A stretch of 64,000 bases of DNA. It comes from Gemmatimonadota bacterium. GTDB taxonomy: Bacteria > Gemmatimonadota > Gemmatimonadetes > Palauibacterales > Palauibacteraceae. Position numbers and translations under genes: made by a program. Position 1 is the stretch's first letter; each line of letters starts with the position of its first letter. This document shows, in pieces, positions 20,228 to 30,834 of this stretch. The stretch is from the NCBI GenBank assembly GCA_039588275.1, contig JBDHAC010000008.1, positions 32,001 through 96,000 of the forward strand. The letters run 5' to 3'. The notes beneath the pieces were generated by a model. It was not told where the DNA came from. It saw nothing but the letters and a program-made list of their open reading frames with translations, and ran no database searches.

Positions 20228-22894
20228 TTGACAAAACCGCGCGTGTATGAGGTCGCAGAAGAGCTTGGCGTCGAGACGAGCCAGCTTATCCAGATGCTCC
20301 GTGAGATGGACGTGCCGGTGCGCAGTCACATGTCCACCGTGAGCGCTGGCCAGGTGGCCAGACTCCACGCACGGCTCGAGCGCGAGCGCCGCACCGACCT
20401 GGCGACGTCATCCGCGCCCTCGGGAGCCTCACGAAGACGTCGACGCCGCCGGCGAGTGCCCGAGCAGATCGAGACGGCAACGGCCGCGGTCGAGGAGGCG
20501 ACTCTCGAGGAGGTCGAGCTGGCCGAGCTGGTCGATATCGAAGCGGAGGTGCAGCCGGTTCCAGGCCCCGAGTTGCCCGAGCCCGAGCCCGAGGAGGTGG
20601 CCGCCGAACCGGTGAGCGAGCCCGTCGAGATGGTGGCTCCACCGGCGGTCGAAGAAGTACAGCCAGAACCGGAAATCGAGGTGGAGGAGCCCGTCGTCGA
20701 GCTCCCGGACGAACCCGAAGTCGAGGAGGCACCTCCCGAGCCCGCTCCCGCGGAACCGGTGGCCGAGGAGGTCGTTCCCGCGCCGGAGACCAGGAGGAAG
20801 CGACGGCCAAAGCCGGTACGTCGTGACATGCCGGCCGGCCCATCGGAGCCCGCCGTCCAGACCGGCCCGACCGCTTCGGCGGCTCCGGGCGGCACGGTCC
20901 GCATCAGTGCCGAAGGGTACACGATCGACGGCCGTCGCAAGGGTCCGCGAGAGCGCAAGAAACGCCGGCGCGTCGACCAGGATGCCGTGCACGAGAACGT
21001 CAAGAAGACGCTCGCTGCACTCGGTGGCCCGGCGCCACGCAAGCGTCGGCGCGACGCCGGCCCCACCCAGCAGGAAGCGGAGCGCGAGCGGCGAGAGCTC
21101 GAGAAGGAAGCCGAGAAGACGACGGTTCGGGTCAACGAATTCCTGACGGTGTCGGAGATCGCGGATCTCATGGGCGTGCAGCCGCAGGAGATCATTACCT
21201 CCGCGTTCAAGAACCTCGGGTTGATGGTCACCATCAACCAGCGGCTCGATTTCGACCAGATCGAGCTGGTGTGCGAGGAGGCGGGCTTCACCGCGATCCG
21301 AGAGGAAGCGTACGAAGCAGACCTCTCGGAGCTCGGCGAAGAGACGGAGGACGAAAGCGAGCTCACGCCGCGCGCACCCGTGGTCACGGTCATGGGACAC
21401 GTAGACCATGGAAAGACCTCGCTGTTGGACCATCTGCGAAAGACGAACGTGTTCGCCGGAGAGGCAGGCGGCATCACGCAGCACATCGGGGCCTATCACG
21501 TCGACCTCGACGGCGGCCGGACAATCACGTTCCTCGACACGCCGGGTCACGAGGCCTTCACCGCGATGAGGGCGCGTGGGGCCGAGATCACCGACCTCGT
21601 CATTCTCGTCGTAGCCGCGGATGACTCGGTGATGCCGCAGACCATCGAAGCGATCAGCCACGCGCGCAACGCGGGTGTTCCGATCGTGGTCGCGGTCAAC
21701 AAGATAGACCTGCCCACGGCCAACATCGACAAGGTGAAGCAGGAGCTGCTGAGCCATGACGTCATCCTGGAGGAGTTCGGAGGCGATGTTCTTTCCGCCG
21801 ATGTCTCCGCCAAGGTGGGCACGGGCATCGACGACCTGCTCGAGAAGGTCCTGTTGCAGGCCGAGTTGCTCGAGCTCCGTGCGGACCCGACGGTGGCGGC
21901 GCGTGGAACGGTGGTGGAGGCCGAGCTCGACCGGGGGATGGGGCCCCTTGCGACGGTCCTGATTCAGAACGGTACGATCGCGGTTCAAGATGACTTCGTG
22001 TGCGGGTTGCACGGCGGGCGGGTACGCGCGCTGCTCAACGAGCGTGGCGCGAACGTCGACAGCGCCGGACCCGGAATCCCCGTTCGGGTCCTCGGCTTGG
22101 AAGGCGTGCCGCAGGCGGGGGACTCGCTGATCGTTCTCGATACCGATCGGGTGCGCGAGATCGCGACCCGACGTCAGCAACTCGAGCGCGAGAAGGAGAT
22201 GCGGCGACGGGCAACCGGAACGCGGCTCGAAGACATCTTCGAGCGCGTCCAGGCCGGTGAGCAGGCTCGTCTGAACATCGTGATCAAAGGCGACACAGAC
22301 GGATCGGTGCAGGCCCTCACTGACAGCCTGCAGCGAATCAGCACCGACGAGGTCGCCGTGGAGGTGATCCACCGGGGCGTGGGCGGTATCAACGAGTCGG
22401 ACGTCATCTTCGCATCGACCAGCCAGGCGCTGATCATCGGCTTCCACGTGCGCCCCGACGCGAAGGCCCAAACCATAGCCGATCGCGAGAGCGTCGAGAT
22501 TCGCTTCTACAACGTGATCTACGAAGCTGTCGAGGACATCCGTTTGGCGCTGGAAGGTCTGCTGACCCCCGAGCAGCGCGAGGTAACGATCGGCATCGCC
22601 GAGGTGCGCCAGCTCTTCCGCGTCCCCAAGGTCGGGACGATTGCGGGTTGTTACGTCAACACGGGGATGATCCGACGTAACCTCCCGATCAGGCTGTTAC
22701 GGAACCAGGTCCAGATCTACGAAGGCCGGATCGACAGCCTGAAGCGATTCAAGGATGACGTGAGGGAGGTCCGCGACGGATTCGAGTGCGGCATCTCGAT
22801 CGAGGGTTACAACGACGTCAAGGTCGACGACGTGATCGAGTGCTATGAGGTCCAGGAGGTCGCCCGGACGCTCGCGGAGCACCCGGGAGGCTAA
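20228..22894 (+). CDS. infB: translation initiation factor IF-2
   Basis: RVYEVA N-terminus, MGHVDHGKTSLL, DTPGHEAF, NKID, GFECGI; AGGAG SD before TTG. Confidence 0.97.
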   Translation: MTKPRVYEVAEELGVETSQLIQMLREMDVPVRSHMSTVSAGQVARLHARLERERRTDLATSSAPSGASRRRRRRRRVPEQIETATAAVEEATLEEVELAELVDIEAEVQPVPGPELPEPEPEEVAAEPVSEPVEMVAPPAVEEVQPEPEIEVEEPVVELPDEPEVEEAPPEPAPAEPVAEEVVPAPETRRKRRPKPVRRDMPAGPSEPAVQTGPTASAAPGGTVRISAEGYTIDGRRKGPRERKKRRRVDQDAVHENVKKTLAALGGPAPRKRRRDAGPTQQEAERERRELEKEAEKTTVRVNEFLTVSEIADLMGVQPQEIITSAFKNLGLMVTINQRLDFDQIELVCEEAGFTAIREEAYEADLSELGEETEDESELTPRAPVVTVMGHVDHGKTSLLDHLRKTNVFAGEAGGITQHIGAYHVDLDGGRTITFLDTPGHEAFTAMRARGAEITDLVILVVAADDSVMPQTIEAISHARNAGVPIVVAVNKIDLPTANIDKVKQELLSHDVILEEFGGDVLSADVSAKVGTGIDDLLEKVLLQAELLELRADPTVAARGTVVEAELDRGMGPLATVLIQNGTIAVQDDFVCGLHGGRVRALLNERGANVDSAGPGIPVRVLGLEGVPQAGDSLIVLDTDRVREIATRRQQLEREKEMRRRATGTRLEDIFERVQAGEQARLNIVIKGDTDGSVQALTDSLQRISTDEVAVEVIHRGVGGINESDVIFASTSQALIIGFHVRPDAKAQTIADRESVEIRFYNVIYEAVEDIRLALEGLLTPEQREVTIGIAEVRQLFRVPKVGTIAGCYVNTGMIRRNLPIRLLRNQVQIYEGRIDSLKRFKDDVREVRDGFECGISIEGYNDVKVDDVIECYEVQEVARTLAEHPGG

Positions 22895-22925
22895 CCACAC
22901 TTCTGGAGCTGGAGCCGGGCTCGCG

Positions 22926-23210
22926 GTGGCGGTGGTTGGCGTCTGTCGGTGGGTCCTGCACCTCCCGGGCTGTCAGTCCCTCAAGATGAAGCGATCGATC
23001 GTCCGCAGCCTGCGAGACCGGTTGCAGTCCAAATACCGCGTCTCGGTGGCGGAGACTGACCTCCAGGACCGCTGGCAGATGGCCGAGCTCACGGCCGCCG
23101 TGGTAGCCTCGGACCGGCGGAGAGCCGAGGCCGTGCTCACCCGCCTGGATCGTTTCGTGCGCTCCGATCCCCGCGCCGAGCCCGTCGAAACCGAGACGGC
23201 GTACCTCTAA
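22926..23210 (+). CDS. DUF503 (YlxP) family protein
   Basis: LHLPGCQSLKMKRSIV, VSVAETDLQDRWQ; start approximate. Confidence 0.88.
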   Translation: MAVVGVCRWVLHLPGCQSLKMKRSIVRSLRDRLQSKYRVSVAETDLQDRWQMAELTAAVVASDRRRAEAVLTRLDRFVRSDPRAEPVETETAYL

Positions 23211-23234
23211 CAGGGTTTTAGCAGGCCGCTGACC

Positions 23235-23603
23235 GTGTCCCGGCATCATCGCTCCGACCGCCTCAACGAGATGTTTCGACGAGAGTTGTCACATCTGGTT
23301 CACAGACGGCTCAAGGACCCGCGCGTCCGGAACGTCACGGTGACCGAGGTCCGCACCTCACCCGATCTCTCTCACGCCACCGTGTTCCTGCGGAGCGATG
23401 CCCCCGTTGCCGTCGAAGAGGCGATCGAGGGGCTCGAGAGCGCGGCGGGCTACCTTCGGAGGGAACTGGGTCGGATCATGCACATCCGCAAGATACCCGA
23501 GTTCCGCTTCATCGCCGACCACGGTCTGGAGCGGGCGGGACGCATCGAGGAGCTCCTGAGGCGTTCGCGCGATGAGACGGGGGAGCCGCCCGGTGATGAG
23601 TGA
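23235..23603 (+). CDS. rbfA: ribosome-binding factor A
   Basis: LKDPRV, VRTSPDLSHA, AAGYLR, IPEFRFIAD. Confidence 0.95.
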   Translation: MSRHHRSDRLNEMFRRELSHLVHRRLKDPRVRNVTVTEVRTSPDLSHATVFLRSDAPVAVEEAIEGLESAAGYLRRELGRIMHIRKIPEFRFIADHGLERAGRIEELLRRSRDETGEPPGDE

Positions 23604-24501
23604 GGGTGGGGCGCTCGTACTCGTGGACAAGCCTGCCGACCTCACCTCGCACGATGTGGTCCAGCATCTCAGACGCACGCTGGCGATCCGGCGCGTCGGA
23701 CACACGGGTACGTTGGACCCGTTCGCTACCGGACTCCTTCTCCTGTGCGTCGGCCCGGTCACCCGTCTAGCCGAGTACTTCCACATCCTCGACAAGACAT
23801 ACCATGCCACCGTCAGACTGGGGACCGAGACGAGCACCGACGATGGGACGGGTGCGGCCCGCGAGCATTCGGATCGGTGGAGAGACGTGACCCGAGAAGA
23901 AGTGGCCGCCGCATTGACCAGCCGGGTTGGCGAGGGGGTCCAGGTGCCCCCGGCGTTCTCGGCGAAGCACGTGAACGGGGCGCGTGCATACGAGCACGCT
24001 CGTGCCGGCAGTGTCCCGGACCTCGATCCCATGTCCATCCGGGTGCACTCGTTGACGCTCGAGCACTTCGACCCGCCGAGCGTCGGGTTCGAAACACGGG
24101 TGTCCACCGGAACCTACATCCGGAGTCTGGCTCGAGATCTCGGCCGTGATTTGGGATGCGGTGCGCATCTCACGCACCTGAGGCGCACGCGAATCGGCCC
24201 TTTCCGGGTCGAAGAAGCGGCCATGCTCGAATCCCTCGAGCAGGAGACCGCGCCGAGGACCGCCTTCAGGACACCCTACGAGGCGCTGCGGTGGCTCCCG
24301 GTGCGAGAGCTCGCTGCCGAGGAGGAGATCGCGGTCCGTCACGGCCGGCGGATACGGACGGGGAGCGTGGGGCCCTGCGAGCTGAAGGCGCTCGCCGGAA
24401 CGCTGCCGATCGCCCTCGTCCGCGACGGCAGATTGCTGGCCGTCGCCGAGCGACTGGAAGGAGATCTCCAGCCACGCAAGGTGCTCGTGACCGGTGGATG
24501 A
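23596..24501 (+). CDS. truB: tRNA pseudouridine(55) synthase
   Basis: DKP..TSHDVV, GHTGTLDPFATG, QVPPAFSAK, GTYIRSLARDLG. Confidence 0.96.
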   Translation: MSEGGALVLVDKPADLTSHDVVQHLRRTLAIRRVGHTGTLDPFATGLLLLCVGPVTRLAEYFHILDKTYHATVRLGTETSTDDGTGAAREHSDRWRDVTREEVAAALTSRVGEGVQVPPAFSAKHVNGARAYEHARAGSVPDLDPMSIRVHSLTLEHFDPPSVGFETRVSTGTYIRSLARDLGRDLGCGAHLTHLRRTRIGPFRVEEAAMLESLEQETAPRTAFRTPYEALRWLPVRELAAEEEIAVRHGRRIRTGSVGPCELKALAGTLPIALVRDGRLLAVAERLEGDLQPRKVLVTGG

Positions 24502-25501
24502 GATATCCTCGCGGCCCGTACACGACCGCAAGGTCGCTGGCCGCCCGATCGACGCGTTCGGTGGGAGTGCGCTTCCGGCTACCGTCTCGGGCACCGTCGT
24601 CACGGTCGGCACCTTCGACGGCGTCCACCTCGGGCACCGTGCCATTCTTCAGGAGATTGAACGGCGCGCCGAGGCGCGAGGCCTGCACAGCCTGCTGCTC
24701 ACCTTCGACAGGCACCCGCTCACCGTCGTGCGGCCGGAGCATGCACCGCCGCTATTGACGACACCAAACGAGAAGAAGCAGATCCTCGCGCAGTTCGGGA
24801 TCGATTACGTGGCGTTCGTCGCGTTTACTCGTTCGCTGTCGCGCTACACGCCCGAGGAATTCGTACGAGCCGTGTTGGTCGAGCGCCTGCGTGCCTCGGA
24901 GCTGGTGATCGGTCACGACCATGGATTCGGTCGCGGCCGCTCCGGTGATGAGGCCACGCTTCGCGCGCTGGGCGGGCGTTACGGATTCGACGTGGATGTG
25001 GTCGACGGAGTCGTGGTGAACGGAGCACCCGTCTCGTCCACTCGAATCCGACGCCTCCTGTCGGAGGGCCACGTGGATGCGGCGGCCAGGGCGCTTGGCC
25101 GGCCGTACTCCGTGACGGGCTCCGTCGTGCACGGGATGGGGCGGGGAAGGACGCTCGGGTTCCCCACGGCCAACATCGCTCCCCCGACCGCCGACAAGCT
25201 GCTGCCCGCCGAGGGGATCTACGCTGTCCGAGCGAACCTGCGGACGGAGATACGCGATGGCCTGTTGCACCTCGGACCTCGCCCTACCTTCGCCGGCTCG
25301 CCACCCACGATCGAGCTCTTCCTGCTGGATTTCGATCGTGCCATCTACGGCGAGATCGTGACCGTCGAGTTCCTCCAACTCCTGCGGGCCATCCGCCCAT
25401 TCGACTCCGCCGCGGCGCTCATCGAGCAGATGCGCCGTGACGAGGAGGACGCCATCCGTTTCTTCCGGGATCTCGGCGACGCGAACGAGCCCGGGCGTTG
25501 A
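24494..25501 (+). CDS. ribF: bifunctional riboflavin kinase / FAD synthetase
   Basis: GTFDGVHLGH, VSSTRIR, GRTLGFPTAN. Confidence 0.96.
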   Translation: MDEISSRPVHDRKVAGRPIDAFGGSALPATVSGTVVTVGTFDGVHLGHRAILQEIERRAEARGLHSLLLTFDRHPLTVVRPEHAPPLLTTPNEKKQILAQFGIDYVAFVAFTRSLSRYTPEEFVRAVLVERLRASELVIGHDHGFGRGRSGDEATLRALGGRYGFDVDVVDGVVVNGAPVSSTRIRRLLSEGHVDAAARALGRPYSVTGSVVHGMGRGRTLGFPTANIAPPTADKLLPAEGIYAVRANLRTEIRDGLLHLGPRPTFAGSPPTIELFLLDFDRAIYGEIVTVEFLQLLRAIRPFDSAAALIEQMRRDEEDAIRFFRDLGDANEPGR

Positions 25502-25560
25502 GGCCACGCGAGCCGCGGCGTCCCAGGCGGAGGGGCCCGGCGCGCGGCCTCCGTCGGAAC

Positions 25561-25589
25561 TTTACAGTATCGGACGATCCTCCTATACT
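25561..25589 (+). promoter_or_regulatory. near-consensus sigma70 promoter of rpsO
   Basis: TTTACA-N17-TATACT. Confidence 0.75.
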
Positions 25590-25670
25590 AATTGACTTGA
25601 ATCGGAACGGTTTAGACATGATGCGCCGCGTCGTGAACGAACTGGCGCGCGGCACCCCAGGGAATGGGAA

Positions 25671-25934
25671 GTGGAAAAGACCAAGAAGCGAGAGATCATT
25701 GACAAGTTCGGGCGTGGTGAGAACGACCACGGGTCGGCATCTGTACAGGTCGCCCTCCTGACCGCACGGATCGAGGAGTTGACCGACCACTTTCGCTCGC
25801 ACCCGAAGGACCACCACAGCCGTCGTGGGCTGCTCAAGATGGTTGGGCGCCGGCGACGCCTGCTGAACTACCTTCGCCGGACCGATCTGGACCGGTACCG
25901 GCGGGTGATCGAGGAACTCGGCCTTCGCCGGTGA
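25671..25934 (+). CDS. rpsO: 30S ribosomal protein S15
   Basis: [36 protein letters not shown]. Confidence 0.97.
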   Translation: MEKTKKREIIDKFGRGENDHGSASVQVALLTARIEELTDHFRSHPKDHHSRRGLLKMVGRRRRLLNYLRRTDLDRYRRVIEELGLRR

Positions 25935-26237
25935 TGCGGGCGAATGCCCGTGTCCTCACGCCTTGCAGCCACCCAGCCCTTCACCACGGTCCGTAACTCG
26001 GGCCGGTCAACTTTGCGGCGTAATCCATCTGCCCGATGCACCGCCGCCACCGCCAGCCATTCGGGTGGCGGTGCGCACCGCCTCCAAACCGGCGCGCCGT
26101 GCGTGGCGTCCCGCGGCGGAGCGGTTCGCGACGTCAACGTCGCGAGCGGGCGACCAGGCAGTTGAAAGCTCACGGCCGACCCGGCACGTAGCCGGACCCG
26201 AAAGAAGTCGGCCGAACAGGAAGGAATCGAAGACAAG

Positions 26238-28334
26238 ATGAGTCACAGAATCGAACGCGAGTTCCACGGTCGGAAGCTAATCATCGAGACGGGGCGTATG
26301 GCGCGCCAGGCCGATGGAGCCGTGATGGTCCAATACGGCGAGACGGCCGTGCTGGTCACGGCGGTCGCCCAGCGGCACCCCACACACCTCCCGTTCTTCC
26401 CCCTTACGATCGAGTACAGGGAGAAGAGCTATGCGGCCGGGAAGTTTCCGGGGGGCTTCATCAAGCGCGAGGGCCGACCGGGCGACAAAGAGATCGTATC
26501 GGCCCGTCAGATCGACCGCCCCCTGCGCGACCTCTTCCCGGATGACTACCAGAACGAGACGCAGGTCGCGTGCTTCGTCATTTCGGCCGACCAGGAAAAC
26601 GACGCGGATGTGATCGGCATGGTGGGCGCCTCCGCGGCGCTGAGCCTCTCACCGATCCCGTGGGACGGTCCTATCGGCGGCGTGCGTGTCGGTCGGATCG
26701 AGGGGGAATGGCTGATCAATCCCACCTTCTCCCAGCTGGACATGTGCGACCTCGAGATCGTGGTCGCGGGTACGACTGATTCGATCGTGATGGTCGAGGG
26801 CGCCTGCCTCGAGATCTCCGAAGACGAGTTCCTGGAGGCGCTCGAGATCGCGCACACCGCGATTCGAGAGCTCATCGACATGCAGCACGAGCTCGCCCAA
26901 GCGACCGGTGGTGCGCCACCCAACTTCGAGTACACCAGCCAGCAGCCGGACCCGGAGTTGAAGGAGCGTGTGGAGAGCGCGGCGACGGACAGGGTCGCCG
27001 AGGCGCTCACGCTGCCGCTCAAAGAGGAGCGAAATCAGGCGCTAGCGACCCTGCGGGACGAGTTGGCGGCCGAGTTCGAGGCCGAGTTCCCGGAGAGCGC
27101 GAACGAGGTCAAGGATGTCGTGCGAGCGCTCGAGAAGCGCGTCATGCGTCAGCGGATTCTGGATGACGGGGAGCGGTTGGACGGACGTGGGCTGACGGAG
27201 GTTCGCTCGATCTCGTGCGATGTCGGGATTCTTCCACGCACGCATGGATCGGCCCTGTTCACCCGCGGGCAGACACAAGCGTTGGCCGTCACGACGCTCG
27301 GGACCGTGAGGGACGAGCAGCGAATCGACTCGGTCGATGTCCGCGAGGAGACCTCGAAGTCGTTCATGCTTCATTACAACTTTCCGCCCTTCTCGGTGGG
27401 CGAGGTGCGCATGTTCCGGGGTGCGAGTCGTCGCGAGATCGGGCATGGGATGCTCGCGGAGCGGGCGCTTCAATCCCTACTGCCGCCGTACGAGGAGTTT
27501 CCGTATACCGTGCGGATCGTCTCCGACATCCTCGAGTCAAACGGTTCAAGCTCGATGGCGACCGTTTGCGGGGGTTCGCTGTCACTGATGGACGCGGGCG
27601 TGCCGTTGCGGGGCCCGTGCGCGGGCATCGCGATGGGTCTCATCCAGGAGGGCGATCGGACGGCCGTGCTGACCGATATCCTCGGCGTCGAGGATGCACT
27701 CGGCGACATGGACTTCAAGATCGCCGGTACGGAGACGGGGATTACCGCGGTCCAGATGGACAACAAGGTCGGCGGTCTCTCGGTGGAGACCATGCGTCAG
27801 GCTCTCGAACAGGCTCGCGTCGCGCGCCTCCACATCCTCGAGATCATGAATCAGACCCTGGGTGACCCCCGCAGCGAAATGTCGCAGTACGCGCCGCGGA
27901 TCATCACGGTCCAGATCAACCCCGAGAAGATCGGTGAGGTGATCGGACCGAAGGGGAAGACGATCAGGGCGCTTCAGGACGAGACCGGGGCCGAGATCAA
28001 CATCGACGACTCGGGGGTGGTCACGATCTCCTCGGTTTCGGGTGAGGGAGGAGAGCGGGCCCGCGAGATGATCGAAGCTATCGCGCAGGACCCGGAGGTT
28101 GGCCGTGTGTACCATGGCGTCGTGAAGAACACCACCACGTTCGGGGCCTTCGTGGAGATCATCCCGGGAGTCGAGGGGCTATGTCATATCTCCGAGCTGG
28201 AGGAGGGACGCACGGAGCAGACCGAAGATGTGGTCAAGGCCGGCGACGAGGTCATGGTCAAGCTCCTGTCCATCGACGACAGAGGGCGCCTCAAGCTCTC
28301 TCGCAGGGCCGCCATGCAACCACAGGATTCGTGA
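26238..28334 (+). CDS. pnp: polyribonucleotide nucleotidyltransferase
   Basis: FFPLT, RQIDRPLR, FTRGQTQ, ESNGSSSMA, GDMDFK, KH and S1. Confidence 0.97.
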   Translation: MSHRIEREFHGRKLIIETGRMARQADGAVMVQYGETAVLVTAVAQRHPTHLPFFPLTIEYREKSYAAGKFPGGFIKREGRPGDKEIVSARQIDRPLRDLFPDDYQNETQVACFVISADQENDADVIGMVGASAALSLSPIPWDGPIGGVRVGRIEGEWLINPTFSQLDMCDLEIVVAGTTDSIVMVEGACLEISEDEFLEALEIAHTAIRELIDMQHELAQATGGAPPNFEYTSQQPDPELKERVESAATDRVAEALTLPLKEERNQALATLRDELAAEFEAEFPESANEVKDVVRALEKRVMRQRILDDGERLDGRGLTEVRSISCDVGILPRTHGSALFTRGQTQALAVTTLGTVRDEQRIDSVDVREETSKSFMLHYNFPPFSVGEVRMFRGASRREIGHGMLAERALQSLLPPYEEFPYTVRIVSDILESNGSSSMATVCGGSLSLMDAGVPLRGPCAGIAMGLIQEGDRTAVLTDILGVEDALGDMDFKIAGTETGITAVQMDNKVGGLSVETMRQALEQARVARLHILEIMNQTLGDPRSEMSQYAPRIITVQINPEKIGEVIGPKGKTIRALQDETGAEINIDDSGVVTISSVSGEGGERAREMIEAIAQDPEVGRVYHGVVKNTTTFGAFVEIIPGVEGLCHISELEEGRTEQTEDVVKAGDEVMVKLLSIDDRGRLKLSRRAAMQPQDS

Positions 28335-28374
28335 TCTGCCGAGCCGACGCTCAGGTGGGCCCGTGGTCGTGGAG

Positions 28375-29637
28375 ATGTCCCAGCTGACCACGGCGCCGAC
28401 CGAGCGGCTCGACACGCACGCTTACCGCACGAAGCTCAAGGGCGGGCCGATCGTCCTGTCCGAGCGGATGGATTCCGTCCGGTCGGTCGGCGTGGGAATC
28501 TGGTTCACACAGGGACGCCTTCACGAATCCGAAGCAGAGCAGGGGATCTCGCACCTGCTCGAACACATGGTCTTCAAGGGTACCCGGAGGCGCTCCGCGC
28601 GTGAGCTAGCGTTCTCGCTCGAGCGCTTGGGGGGATCCATCGATGCCTTCACGACGCACGAGGCCACCGCGTTCCAGGCTCGCGTTCCCGGTCATGCCCT
28701 CGCGCAGGCGGTGGACGTGCTCGCCGATCTTAGCTTTCAACCTCTCCTCCGAGCTCGCGATCTCAAGCCGGAGCGGCACGTCATCTACGAGGAGCTCGCG
28801 GCCATCGAGGATACGCCGGAAGATCTCGTTTTCGAGCTCCACGCATCATTCATGTACGATGGCCATCCGTACGGCGCGCCCATCATGGGAACCCGCGAAT
28901 CGATCGCCTCGATCGGACGCGATGCCCTCGTCGACCTGCACAATTCGGCGTATCGTTCACGTCGGGCGGTGATTGCGGCGGCGGGGCACGTCGATCACGG
29001 CGAGCTCCTGGAGCTCGTCGAACGGTTCGTCCCGACCGATGGCTTGCCACGCGATCCGGCACAGCCCGAGAGAGCCGTAGCCAGAGCAGGTGCCCGGCGG
29101 ATACAGCGGCCCAACGCACGTCAGAGTCATCTCGTCGCTGGCGGGCTGACGGTCCCGTACCGCGACCCGCTACGGTACGCTATCGTACTCGTCAACACGG
29201 CTCTGGGCGGCGGAATGAGCTCGCGCCTCTTCCAGTCCATTCGGGAAGAGCGAGGGCTCGCCTACGCCGTGTACAGCTTTCACGCGTTCCTCGCGCACGG
29301 TGGCCATGTCGGCGCGTACGTGGGAACGAGCCCGGACACGAGCGGTGAAGCACGCGAGCTCCTCCTCGAGATGCTCCGCGACCTGGCTGAGAACGGCTTG
29401 TCGGCCGAGGAGATCGCTGCGACGAAGAGGGAGCTCCAGGGACGATTACTGTTGTCTCTGGAAACCCCCGGCGCGCGGATGAACCGCCTGGCGGGCTTGG
29501 CGCTGTACGGCCAACCTTATCGCCGATTGGACGAGATCTCGGAGCGAATCGAGGCGATCACGGTGGAGCAGGTGCGGGAGGCCGAGCAGTTCTTCCACCC
29601 TGACCACTTGGCCGTCCTCGAGCTGTGCCCCGCATAG
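28375..29637 (+). CDS. M16 (pitrilysin) family zinc peptidase
   Basis: HLLEH inverted zinc motif, LGGGMSSRLFQSIREERGLAY. Confidence 0.93.
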   Translation: MSQLTTAPTERLDTHAYRTKLKGGPIVLSERMDSVRSVGVGIWFTQGRLHESEAEQGISHLLEHMVFKGTRRRSARELAFSLERLGGSIDAFTTHEATAFQARVPGHALAQAVDVLADLSFQPLLRARDLKPERHVIYEELAAIEDTPEDLVFELHASFMYDGHPYGAPIMGTRESIASIGRDALVDLHNSAYRSRRAVIAAAGHVDHGELLELVERFVPTDGLPRDPAQPERAVARAGARRIQRPNARQSHLVAGGLTVPYRDPLRYAIVLVNTALGGGMSSRLFQSIREERGLAYAVYSFHAFLAHGGHVGAYVGTSPDTSGEARELLLEMLRDLAENGLSAEEIAATKRELQGRLLLSLETPGARMNRLAGLALYGQPYRRLDEISERIEAITVEQVREAEQFFHPDHLAVLELCPA

Positions 29638-29657
29638 TTCTTTGAGGAGACCGAGCA

Positions 29658-30770
29658 ATGGTCGTAGGAGTTCCTAAAGAGATCAAGGCGGACGAAAACC
29701 GCGTCGCATTAATCCCCGCCGGAGCCGACGCCCTCGCCCAGCGGGGCCACGAGGTACTCATCGAGTCGGGTGCCGGGAGCGGCAGCGGTTTCACGGACGA
29801 GGCCTACGCGCGGGCGGGTGTGACGCTGATCGACGACCCGAACGAATTGTGGGCGCGCGCGGACATGATCGTCAAGGTCAAGGAGCCGATCGAATCCGAG
29901 TACGGTCGGATGCGAGAGGATCAGGTCGTCTTCACCTACTTCCATTTCGCCGCGGACGAAACGCTCACCCGCCAGGTGCTTGCCAGCGGAATCGTAGCCA
30001 TCGCGTACGAGACGGTCGAATTGCCCACCGGCGAGTTGCCTCTGCTAACGCCGATGTCGGAAGTGGCGGGGCGCATGGCGGTGCAGGAGGGGGCTAAGTA
30101 TCTGGAGAAGACGGCTGGCGGGTACGGGATTCTCCTCGGCGGCGTTCCAGGTGTCCTGCCGGCCGAAGTCGTCATCATCGGCGGCGGTGTAGTCGGTACG
30201 AACGCCGCGACCATCGCCGCGGGCTTCGGTGCGCACGTGACGATCCTCGACCTCGACTTGGAGCGCCTCCGATACCTCTCCGAAGTCATGCCGGCCAACG
30301 TCGACACGCTCTATTCGAACCGCCACAACATCCTCGAGCAGATCGAGAGGGCGGACGTGCTCATCGGTGCGGTACTGTTGACGGGTGGTAAAGCGCCCAA
30401 GCTGGTCCTGCGCAACGACCTCAAGCGCATGAAGAATGGGTCGGTGATCGTCGACGTCGCCGTGGACCAGGGAGGGTGCGTCGAGACGGCTCATCCGACT
30501 ACTCACCACGAGCCGACGTTCGTGGTCGATGGCGTCATCCATTATTGCGTGGCCAACATGCCCGGCGCCGTTCCCCGGACTTCCACGCTGGCGCTTACGA
30601 ACGCCACGTTCCCGTACGTGCTGACGCTCGCGGACAAGGGTTGGAAGACCGCCTGCGCGGAAGATGGACCGCTCACGCTCGGCGTGAACGCCGTCGACGG
30701 CCGCTGTACCTACGGGGCGGTCGCGGAGGCGTTCGATCTCGACTACACGCCGCTGGAGGAGGTACTGTAG
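29658..30770 (+). CDS. ald: alanine dehydrogenase
   Basis: GVPKEIK..ENRVA, PMSEVAGR, GGGVVG, DQGGC, VANMPGAVP. Confidence 0.96.
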   Translation: MVVGVPKEIKADENRVALIPAGADALAQRGHEVLIESGAGSGSGFTDEAYARAGVTLIDDPNELWARADMIVKVKEPIESEYGRMREDQVVFTYFHFAADETLTRQVLASGIVAIAYETVELPTGELPLLTPMSEVAGRMAVQEGAKYLEKTAGGYGILLGGVPGVLPAEVVIIGGGVVGTNAATIAAGFGAHVTILDLDLERLRYLSEVMPANVDTLYSNRHNILEQIERADVLIGAVLLTGGKAPKLVLRNDLKRMKNGSVIVDVAVDQGGCVETAHPTTHHEPTFVVDGVIHYCVANMPGAVPRTSTLALTNATFPYVLTLADKGWKTACAEDGPLTLGVNAVDGRCTYGAVAEAFDLDYTPLEEVL

Positions 30771-30834
30771 GCGGGAGGCCAGGTCGCCGGCGAGCCAGCT
30801 TCCCCGGCCGTCACGCCGCTCGTCGGATCCTTCC

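Noticed and set aside
20429..22471. 680-aa antisense ORF inside infB (likewise 49389-51341, 2673-4361, 33794-35242, 60691-62265)
   Set aside because: Shadow ORFs opposite well-conserved genes, expected from high-GC codon bias; no recognisable motifs
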